64,000 nucleotides of DNA, taken from the NCBI GenBank assembly GCA_964019425.1, contig OZ025791.1, positions 1,426,001 to 1,490,000 of the forward strand, given 5' to 3'. This stretch comes from Flectonema sp. DT1601. Lineage: Eukaryota. Within the stretch, counting starts at the first letter, position 1. Every line of letters begins with the position of its first letter. Shown here in pieces: positions 52,747-61,274 of this stretch. A program made the translations under genes and the position numbers. The notes beneath the pieces were generated by a model, which made no database searches, had not been told where the DNA came from, and was given only the letters and a program-made list of their open reading frames with translations.

Positions 52747-55023
52747 ATGCAAGTTTTCGTGACGTGTCCGGATTTAGGACTCCCAGCGGTGTCAGTCACA
52801 GTTGGTGCTGATTCTGTTGTGAGCGACGTGTTGACGGCAGCGGCTGGTGAGTGGGATGTCGATCCGGATGAAGTTGAACTGTCGTTCGCTGGTGATGCCC
52901 TTTGCGACAGTGATCGGCTAGCAGATCGTGGAGTGGGTGCAGACAGCGAGTTTGAAATGCGGCAGAAGCTGGTTCGGATCTTCGGTAAATGCTGGTTTGT
53001 TGATGATAAAAAAAGGGAGAAGCTGCTTCTTTGGATGAGAGACCACATTACGGAGGACTTATGTCTGGACACTCCCACATTCTCGGTGGATGGTTGCCTC
53101 ACTATTGACGAAGGGTTGCTTCCTTCAGATGCCAAACAGATTTCCTTCCGCCATTCAAATTGCAACAACACAGTCATCTCACAAGTTACTGCTATTGAAG
53201 ATAAGTTCTGTAATAGTTTAGAAATCACCTCTGTTGACCTTTCAGGTCTTGGTAGTGTCACAAGTATTGGAGATCATTTTTTGCGTGTGTGTTCACAACT
53301 CACTTCTGTTGACCTTTCAGGTCTTAGTAGCGTCACAAGTATTGGAGATTCTTTTTTGTATGAGTGTTCACAACTCACTTCTGTTGACCTTGCAGGTCTT
53401 AGTAGTGTCACTAGTATTGGAAGTTATTTTTTGTTACTTTGTTCAGAAATCACTTCTGTTGACCTTTCAGGTCTTAGTAGTGTCACAATTATTGAGGAAG
53501 GGTTTTTGTCTAGTTGTTCACAACTCACTGCTGTTGATCTTTCGGGTCTTAGTAGTGTCACAAGTATTGGAAATTATTTATTGTCTTGTTGTTCAGAAAT
53601 CACTTCTGTTGACCTTTCACTTTCAGGTCTTAGTAGTATCACACGTATTGGAAGTTATTTTTTGTTTCGCTGTTCAGAAATAACTTCTGTTGACCTTTCA
53701 AGTCTTAGTAGTGTCACCAGTATTGGAAATTATGTTTTGTCTGAGTGTTCACAACTCACTTCTGTTGACCTTTCAGGTCTTAATGGTGTCACCAGTATTG
53801 GGTATGAATTTTTGTCTGATTGTTCACAACTCACTTCTGTTGACCTTTCAGGTTTTAATAGTGTCACCAGTATTGGAAATAATTTTTTGTTACGTTGTTC
53901 AGAAATCACTTCTGTTGACCTTTCGGGTCTTAGTAGTGTCACCAGTATTAGGGATGGGCTTTTGTCTAATTGTTCACAACTCACTTCTGTTGACCTTTCG
54001 GGTCTTAGTAGTGTCACCAGTATTAGAAATTATTTATTGTCTAATTGTTCACAACTCACTGCTGTTGACCTTTCAGGTCTTAGTAGTGTCACTAGTATTG
54101 GAAGTTATTTTTTGTTACGTTGTTCAGAAATAACTTCTGTTGACCTTTCAGGACTTAGTAGTGTCACAAGTATTGGAGATTCTTTTTTGTCTGAGTGTTC
54201 ACAACTCACTTCTGTTGACCTTTCAGGTCTTGGTAGTGTCACAAGTATTGGAGATCATTTTTTGCGTGTGTGTTCACAACTCACTTCTGTTGACCTTTCA
54301 GGTCTTGGTAGTGTCACAAGTATTGGAGATCATTTTTTGCGTGTGTGTTCACAACTCACTTCTGTTGACCTTTCAGGTCTTAGTAGTGTCACTAGTATTG
54401 GAAGTTATTTTTTGTTACGTTGTTCAGAAATAACTTCTGTTGACCTTTCAGGACTTAGTAGTGTCACAAGTATTGGAGATTCTTTTTTGTCTGAGTGTTC
54501 ACAACTCACTTCTGTTGACCTTTCAGGTCTTGATAGTGTCACAAGTATTGGAGATCATTTTTTGCGTGTGTGTTCACAACTCACTTCTGTTGACCTTTCA
54601 GGTCTTAGTAGTGTCACAAGTATTGGAGATTCTTTTTTGTCTGAGTGTTCACAACTCACTTCTGTTGACCTTTCAGGTCTTGGTAGTGTCACAAGTATTG
54701 GAGATCATTTTTTGCGTGTGTGTTCACAACTCACTTCTGTTGACCTTTCAGGTCTTAGTAGTGTCACAAGTATTGGAGATTCTTTTTTGTCTGAGTGTTC
54801 ACAACTCACTTCTGTTGACCTTTCAGGTCTTGGTAGTGTCACAAGTATTGGAGATCATTTTTTGCGTGTGTGTTCACAACTCACTTCTGTTGACCTTTCA
54901 GGTCTTAGTAGTGTCACAAGTATTGGAGATTCTTTTTTGTCTGAGTGTTCACAACTCACTTCTGTTGACCTTTCAGGTCTTGGGAAGATCAGCACATCAA
55001 TGTTCTTGAAGCAGATGCTCTAA
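52747..55023 (+). CDS. N-terminal ubiquitin-like domain + BspA/TpLRR-type leucine-rich repeat protein
   Basis: MQVFVT...ELSFAGDAL..DRLADRGV resembles a ubiquitin fold; 23 full 25-aa repeats TSVDLSGLSSVTSIGxxFLxxCSQL; no signal peptide or TM. Confidence 0.85.
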   Translation: MQVFVTCPDLGLPAVSVTVGADSVVSDVLTAAAGEWDVDPDEVELSFAGDALCDSDRLADRGVGADSEFEMRQKLVRIFGKCWFVDDKKREKLLLWMRDHITEDLCLDTPTFSVDGCLTIDEGLLPSDAKQISFRHSNCNNTVISQVTAIEDKFCNSLEITSVDLSGLGSVTSIGDHFLRVCSQLTSVDLSGLSSVTSIGDSFLYECSQLTSVDLAGLSSVTSIGSYFLLLCSEITSVDLSGLSSVTIIEEGFLSSCSQLTAVDLSGLSSVTSIGNYLLSCCSEITSVDLSLSGLSSITRIGSYFLFRCSEITSVDLSSLSSVTSIGNYVLSECSQLTSVDLSGLNGVTSIGYEFLSDCSQLTSVDLSGFNSVTSIGNNFLLRCSEITSVDLSGLSSVTSIRDGLLSNCSQLTSVDLSGLSSVTSIRNYLLSNCSQLTAVDLSGLSSVTSIGSYFLLRCSEITSVDLSGLSSVTSIGDSFLSECSQLTSVDLSGLGSVTSIGDHFLRVCSQLTSVDLSGLGSVTSIGDHFLRVCSQLTSVDLSGLSSVTSIGSYFLLRCSEITSVDLSGLSSVTSIGDSFLSECSQLTSVDLSGLDSVTSIGDHFLRVCSQLTSVDLSGLSSVTSIGDSFLSECSQLTSVDLSGLGSVTSIGDHFLRVCSQLTSVDLSGLSSVTSIGDSFLSECSQLTSVDLSGLGSVTSIGDHFLRVCSQLTSVDLSGLSSVTSIGDSFLSECSQLTSVDLSGLGKISTSMFLKQML
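53227..54982 (+). repeat. 75-bp coding tandem repeat (~23.4 copies); the 3' part has a 150-bp higher-order unit
   Basis: tctgttgacctttcaggtctt recurs every 75 bp (one unit has a 6-bp insertion). Confidence 0.95.
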
Positions 55024-55485
55024 GGCAGATGCTTGAGGAGATTGAGAAGGGCAGCTCATCTCTCCATTTAGGTAGATAATACGACAGTCTCTGTGGTTGT
55101 TTTAGAAAACAGATGTGTGTTCGCTCACACGTTCTTAACAAGTGTTTACTGGTTGCCACTGACCACCTTTTATTTTTGAGATGTTCCTACTCCCTGGCAT
55201 GGGTAAGCACAAAGCTAAACCCTGTTGTTCTTTTATTTTAAATTGTTTTCCATCCTTCATCATCTTCTTTCTTTCATCAGGTGCAAAAGGAATGCGTATC
55301 TAATTCCCGAGTACAAAGTTTTTAGAGATTTTCGCTATTGGTGTGCCTGATAATGTCATTTACGCTATTCACTAAAAGCAGTAACTTTTTTTTCGCTGGT
55401 TTGCACTCTACAAGTTACAAATTTTTTTTCGCTATTCACTACTAGTTACAACTCCACTGCCAAAAAAAAAATTTCCCCCTTTTTT

Positions 55486-56062
55486 GTCAATCGCAGAGTG
55501 TATACCTACACTAACATTACCTTTAGTCACTGTATCTCAGAACTAATGTTAAATTATCGTTATGTTGTCTATGATACAAAACATTTGTATTTTACGTACA
55601 AACTCGAACAGTTAACCCCCCTTTTTTCCCCCTTTTTTTCCCCTTTTTTTTCCCCCTTTTTTGTTCTGCTTGCCCCTTTTTTAATTTTGGAGCGGCATGA
55701 CCGAAGACAATCTTCTTTTCCCTCTTTTATTTCCAATCCCGTCGCCCCCGGGGATTTTAAGCAAGTAAATTGTAGGTGAAACCTACACTCTGCCGTATTA
55801 CATTATACCCTGGTTTTGGTTTCCCAGGGCTCACGATTAATTCAAAATTGAATAACTCGATTCCGTACTGCACTGAATGACAACAGAAAAAGAGATGTGT
55901 ATGCAGCTAAGTTAGAAACATTTATTATAATGTAAAGTATTTACGTCAATCGCAGAGTGTAAACCTACCTTTAGTCACTGTATCTCAGAACTAATGTTAA
56001 ATTATCGTTATGTTGTCTATGATACAAAACATTTGTATTTTACGTACAAACTCGAACAGTTA
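55486..56062. repeat. ~120-bp direct repeat (55486-55614 and 55945-56062) upstream of the Penelope-like ORF
   Basis: gtcaatcgcagagtgta...ctttagtcactgtatctcagaac...aaactcgaacagtta occurs twice; the copies differ mainly by an ~11-bp indel. Confidence 0.9.
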
Positions 56063-56135
56063 GCCCGTGACAGCTGGGGGGAGTGGAGTGTAGCGAGGGA
56101 ATGGCACTTTGCCACTTACCGGCTGTTGACCGTAT

Positions 56136-57942
56136 ATGCGGGTTATCACGTTTTCTTTTTGTTTTAGGTTTTTTGTTAGTAGTGAGATGTGCTACGTTTA
56201 TTTATTTCACAACGTGTTTCGCCATCTTGAACTACTTTTAATACAGTTTTCGTATCATCAAATACCAGCATATACGGCTATTGACAAAGAGCCGCCCCCC
56301 CTTCCTGGTGCGTTATATTGATGACTTCCTTTGCTGGGGGCATGAGCCTCCACCCCCAAGCATCTACAAGATGGACTACAAAGACACTACGATTAGTGAA
56401 GACCACGTAGTCTTTTTGGGAGCAAGAATCAGAATTGAAACAAAGGAAAAGAGAAAGTTTATCAGGTTATCTATAAGCCGAAAGGATTGGTCTTTTCGCC
56501 CTTTGCAATATGTACATAGTAATTCAACTATGCCGGTGTCTATACCGAAAGGAGTGGTTAAAGGTGCTATGTTTAGAGCTGCAATGATTTGTAATAATTT
56601 ACCTGATCTTTTTGTTGAATTTGAATTTATACTTTATAGAATGTGGAAAAGAGGTTTTAAGAAACAAGACGTAGCATTTGCTTTTCGTGAATTCTGCGAT
56701 GAGTTTTATAAAGCCTACGATTCCACATATAAGAGATTATTTTCTTTAGTTCATGTTGTCTTTGGTAAATTAAACAACCCTCACTCTTACCATTTTCCAA
56801 AAGAAAGACAGTTTATTGTTTACCCGCCTAAAGCCGTAGTGTTGATTCCAGAAGAACCAATTGTTCAAGAAGGAAAAGTGGATTACTTTACAATTGACCA
56901 CACGATATGGTATATGGAAGAAGTTGGTCTTTACCCTGAAGACGTGAACCGTTTTGGTAATTGTTTCTTTGAAGCAGTATCGAAACAAATCTTTTACTTC
57001 TTTGATGCAGCGACGCTGCGTGAATTCACCAGTGCTGAGTTAGTAGAGTATAGTGATAAATATAAAAACTTTGTACTCGGTAATTACGACGAATATGCAC
57101 TTGGAATGGGTTTTGATGGTGTGTGGGCAGACCATGCAGCCATACAAGCCTTATCAAATGTATTGGGTGTTAGTTTTTTCTTCCTAAGTATGGACCCTTA
57201 TGAGCAAAAAGACTCCGCTTACTTTGTCGCTCCCGACGCACGGTCTACTTTTTTACTTGTCAGGGGGTTCATCATACTCGGGCACCATGCAAATGTTCCA
57301 TCTGAGCACTTTTTCCCAATACTAGGGCCATACGATTGGTCAGTAATCAATGATTGGTGTATAGAGTATACTGAGGTCATTCTCAATGGCCTGTTTAATT
57401 TGGTTACCTGTTCTGGCTTTACTGATGTGGAGAGTGAAAACTTACCTGACGAAGCCGGGGTACTCTTTGATAAATTGCGTGAAGGAGGTTTAGAAATCAT
57501 ATTACCTTTATTTGTTTTAAACGAAAAGGACATAACGAGTAGATTCTTATCGAAAAGTATCGTCAATGAAACAGATTCTAAATCCTGCAAGGTGCTCTCT
57601 CCAATGAAAGTACATACCGAGTTAGAACAAAAAGGTGTAACCACCACTTGCCCACAAGGTCACGATCTTGAAATAGTTCTCATTAATAAACCAGTTTTTT
57701 GTGATTTATGTGATTCAAATTATTTCTTTGGACAAATATTTGAATGTCGTCTCCCTTGTAAAGGTGAGAGTTTAACATGTGATTGGAATGTTTGCTTGAA
57801 TTGCGTTGGAATATACTTTTGTTGTGGATGTGGCATGCGTACGACGAAAGCAGGCACATGGTTTGCGGGAAGTCGAGGTTTGCAAATCCATCAGTTGACT
57901 TGTGAACCTTTCCTGCTTTTGAGTCAAACCAACCATAACTAA
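56136..57942 (+). mobile_element. 5'-truncated or degenerate Penelope-like retroelement ORF: RT C-terminal half + OTU-like cysteine protease + Cys/His zinc fingers
   Basis: FLVRYIDDFL (RT motif C), VVFLG, and a PLE-type thumb (YVHSNS...KGVVKGAMFRAAMICN...F...LYRMWKRGF). Then OTU-like GNCFFEAVS...LRE...WADHAAIQALS...EHF, followed by CPQGH..CDLC..C..C..CLNC and CCGC...HQLTC. Possible frameshift in the C-run at ~56295-56301. Confidence 0.7.
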
Positions 57943-59097
57943 GTTTATGGGATGGGCTTTGCTGGTAGTGTGCTACGAACCAGCGTATTCTTGTCATGTT
58001 ATTTATCTTTTCTTTTTTTCTCACCCCTGTAACTACCCACCCAGATAATTTTTATTGGTTACCCATTAATGCATTAATGTTTTCAAGCTGTAACGACCTG
58101 CAGGGCATGGGATGCTCAACCTGTAGTGCGTGGTCCCCGGGTCAATTTGACTTGACAGCATTTCTTTCTCTGGTAGTTTATTTAAAGCATGCGATTTTGT
58201 GTGGACAGAATCCAGTTATAATGATTCATGTCTAATTTGTTGCGTGTTAACCTTGATTTATTTATCCAAGTCCCCCCTTCCTGGTGTTCATCTTTTTCTA
58301 TGGTTAATTTTCAAGACAATATAATGTATTAATTAAGTACTCATGAGTTTTATAAAAGCTGTTACGGTAACATAATTGATAATGGATTGATTGAAAGCCA
58401 ATAACACAAACGGTCAAGGATGTGATGACTTGGGAAATGATAAAAGTAATCTTTCTGGAACTTCTGCTCAGTACATGCAAATGCATCTTGACAGGCGGGA
58501 ACCCTTCAGGCAGTACTGCGCTCTTGATAATTCAAAGTAGCCTTAAAAAAGCTCTCATACCTGCATGAGTTAGATACCCTGATAACCCGGTCAGAAACAG
58601 GAGTGTCGCTTGCGACCAGGCTGTCTGTAACTCGCAGGTGTCTTGACTTTGAAATTTGGTTGGAATGACGTGTAAGAGGACAACAGTTCTCTGTAAGGTG
58701 ACTCAGCCCTGCACACATACCGTTCTTTGCATGCACTCAGTAAATTTTTCAGAGGCTGATAACTATCAGGACCTGAAGAACAACCCAACCTTTCCGTGAG
58801 TACTTGTCTTTGCCTAATCTCGTCAAGCCAGATGAACATCATACAAACGTTCCTAATCATAAACGTTTTGCTTTCTCTCTAGGCTTTTACTCTTATTCTC
58901 AATCTCTAAGATGCCCGGAAACATAGTTGAAACTCAACCTGCTGCCACTGAAACTCAGCCTGCCTCAGCTTTGGCTGACAAGACCTAGTATTGAGGGAAC
59001 CTTTCAATCCTTTGATGCACTTCGCGAGGGCAACCCTCGCTTCTTGTTCTTCGGGAAGGGGGTTTAAGACAAGCCACATAGTGGGGAAAAGGGTGAC

Positions 59098-59565
59098 ATG
59101 GATGCTTCTGGGCGAGTTCCCAGTTGCCTTTGCCATCACGGGAAGGCCAAGGGGAAGTGTTCAGCCCACATGGAACGCAACATAAAGGTTGCCTTCAAAA
59201 GTAAGGAAGCCGTGTCGAAGTTTAAGAAACTTCGAATGACATCATCGGAAGAGAGGTACGAGGAAGTGTTCGACACCCTCGATCCTGAATTTCAGGAGTA
59301 CCTGAAGGGGAAAGACCCAACATCATGGGCAACGTGCCAGATAAGAGCACGGAATTATGGACATACAACATCCAACCTGACGGAGAGCTTTAACGCCTCC
59401 TTATCAAAGATAAGGGCGAAAAGTATCCTCGGCCTGTTAAACGGGTTACTAAGCCAGCTTTCTCGTTGGTTCTATGAACGGCACATGGAAGATACAGGCA
59501 ACGACGACGGAGTACTAGAGCACGTGCATCTAAGCCTCACGTTACAGTGTTATTCCTGTAAGTAA
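59098..59565 (+). pseudogene. Mutator-like (MULE) transposase fragment
   Basis: CSAHMERN (CxxH) and YGHTTSNLTESFNASL motifs of the MULE DDE domain; the N-terminal catalytic part and TIRs are not seen. Confidence 0.7.
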
Positions 59566-59742
59566 GTTAGGGGAGGTATATGAAGGTATTCCTTGCAAAA
59601 ACATTCAAACTAATTTTGTATTGTAATCCCCACAGCTTCAGTAATTAAGGGAGGGCTGCAATTCGAAGATGACTAAATATTACTTCCGAAAAGTTTAATC
59701 ATCATTAATCATAAAAGTATATCAGTCATTCCTTCAAAAAAG

Positions 59743-59814
59743 CACCCACCGTGGGGATCGAACCCACGACCATTGGATTAAAGGTCCAACGCTCTACCAC
59801 TGAGCTAGGTGGGC
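59743..59814 (-). tRNA. tRNA-Lys(UUU) with non-canonical C33
   Basis: Minus strand GCCCACC TA GCTC AGTGGTA GAGC G TTGGA CCTTTAA TCCAA TGGTC GTGGG TTCGATC CCCAC GGTGGGT G folds as a full cloverleaf with intact A and B boxes. Confidence 0.9.
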
Positions 59815-59836
59815 CACGAAAACTACAGTTTTCACG

Positions 59837-59878
59837 AAAGCTACAGTTTCTGTACTTTATTGTTTCTGTACTTTATTG
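59837..59878 (+). other. Two nested spliced-leader relics at the 5' end of the LINE
   Basis: aaagctacagtttctgtactttattg (59837-59862) followed immediately by tttctgtactttattg (59863-59878). Matches the conserved 3' end of the euglenozoan SL (ACAGTTTCTGTACT(A/T)TATTG; diplonemid ...AAAGCTACAG..., recalled from memory). Confidence 0.85.
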
Positions 59879-59909
59879 TGTGTGATTTACAAAAAAAAAA
59901 AAACTAAAA

Positions 59910-61274
59910 ATGTCCGGAACACAAGAATCGATGGTCGTGCAGCAACAAGAGCAAGCACAGCAATCAATGATGCAACAGCAGCAAGCACAGCAATTAATGG
60001 CACAGCAACAGCAGGCACAACACTTAATGATGCAACAACAGCAGCCGCAACAGCCAACACAAAGCCAGCCGGTACAACAACAAGCGCAGAACAATTCCAA
60101 CAATTGCTTTTTACATGGCAACTGGACGCTTGAGACTTTAAGTCAGTCGCAAACTCACCTTCCCAACAATGTCCCACCAATCTCCCCCTTTTCGTTTATG
60201 AGCTCACCAATGATAGCGTTTAAACAGTATCTCAGAATAACAAATCTGTATTTTAAAACAATAAACATTTTAAGTTTAAAAGAAATGCACTTCACAGTTT
60301 CAAAAGACAATGTTGTAAACGTTTTTTCTTGTTTATTGGAAATCAAAAAAGAATGTGCAGCTGATTTCTTAGAAATATCCGGCCAACACGGCATTTTCTT
60401 TTCCGAACACAAAAGCACTCAACACCTCTCCTCCTACTACACAATTGTGTGGACCCCTGACACACCTTACACCCAGCTTAAAAAGATAGCAATCGATCTC
60501 AATAAAGACCCAAAAAACAAAGGAGCCCTCGGGCTCACAATGTACCAAGGAAGAAGCCTTGGGATACGAATTAAAAAAGAATCAGAAACAAACTTTCGTT
60601 CAAATTTTGGAGTAAAATGTCCGACTTATTTCGAGATAAGCGGCATAAGCAAAGAGAACGCAACGTCATTTGACGTTGAATTTTTTTTTGATTTAATGAA
60701 AAAAAAAATTAAATACTGTTATAAAAAAAAAAGGGAAGAGTCACATGTTGTGAGCTCGTACGAGAATCTGCAGTCTTGCGGATCAGTAATCGTTAAAAAA
60801 ATAACTCAACCCTCAAAAGATGAAAGAAGAATTGAAAAGAACTCAATAGAAACGAAAACAGACCAAACTGAAAAAAAAGATATTAACGAAAAAGGAAAAG
60901 GAAAAGGAAAAGGGAAAGGGAAAAAAGGAAAGAAAGGAACTAAGGGAGAGAGCGGTAAAGGAAAAAAAACTGTTTTGTCATCACCGTCAACCTCAGTAAC
61001 CCCGTCAATAGAACAAACGGACATTTTAAACCAGCTAAAATTATTGTTAGATGCACAAACAAAGCATCTAACAACAAAGATCATTGGCACTTTTCTAGCC
61101 GATGATCCGAAAAAGCAAGCAGAAGCTTGGGATGCGGAAATAAACCCGCAAGAAAAAGAAGGTTTTCTACAAGGATCGATGGACGATGACATCGATCTTG
61201 TGAAACAGAAGCTGGACAAAGAAAACGATGGTGATGACAACACAAAAAGAAAAAAAGAAGAACCTCCGAATTGA
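59910..61274 (+). CDS. LINE ORF1 (454 aa): poly-Q N-terminus, basic GK-repeat, no evident zinc knuckle
   Basis: ORF directly upstream of and in frame with the APE-RT ORF; GKGKGKGKGKKGKKG basic tract. Confidence 0.8.
   Translation: MSGTQESMVVQQQEQAQQSMMQQQQAQQLMAQQQQAQHLMMQQQQPQQPTQSQPVQQQAQNNSNNCFLHGNWTLETLSQSQTHLPNNVPPISPFSFMSSPMIAFKQYLRITNLYFKTINILSLKEMHFTVSKDNVVNVFSCLLEIKKECAADFLEISGQHGIFFSEHKSTQHLSSYYTIVWTPDTPYTQLKKIAIDLNKDPKNKGALGLTMYQGRSLGIRIKKESETNFRSNFGVKCPTYFEISGISKENATSFDVEFFFDLMKKKIKYCYKKKREESHVVSSYENLQSCGSVIVKKITQPSKDERRIEKNSIETKTDQTEKKDINEKGKGKGKGKGKKGKKGTKGESGKGKKTVLSSPSTSVTPSIEQTDILNQLKLLLDAQTKHLTTKIIGTFLADDPKKQAEAWDAEINPQEKEGFLQGSMDDDIDLVKQKLDKENDGDDNTKRKKEEPPN

Noticed and set aside
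55615..55662. C/T ladder as telomeric repeat
   Set aside because: The C4-6/T6-8 units are irregular and are not TTAGGG-type repeats.
55255..55900. Hammerhead ribozyme near the PLE-like element
   Set aside because: Only partial cores are present (minus-strand ctgatgaaagaaa near 55270; ctgaatga near 55873), without the required stems.
56281..57942. Telomerase reverse transcriptase
   Set aside because: No T/CP motifs or TERT C-terminal extension are seen; the thumb looks PLE-like and is followed by an OTU-like domain.
52747..57942. Diversity-generating retroelement (variable LRR plus nearby RT)
   Set aside because: No template/variable repeat pair with adenine-specific differences, and the RT is not DGR-like.
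59837..59900. An SL RNA gene, or an SLACS/CRE-type insertion into one
   Set aside because: The SL is 5'-truncated and not followed by a GT intron, and the element encodes an APE endonuclease rather than the restriction-like type of SL-targeting elements.
61272..61274. Genome-wide UGA reassignment explaining the ORF1/ORF2 junction
   Set aside because: Several host genes here end in TGA (14280, 16585, 23546, 25693, 45734, 48973), and long ORFs have no internal TGA.
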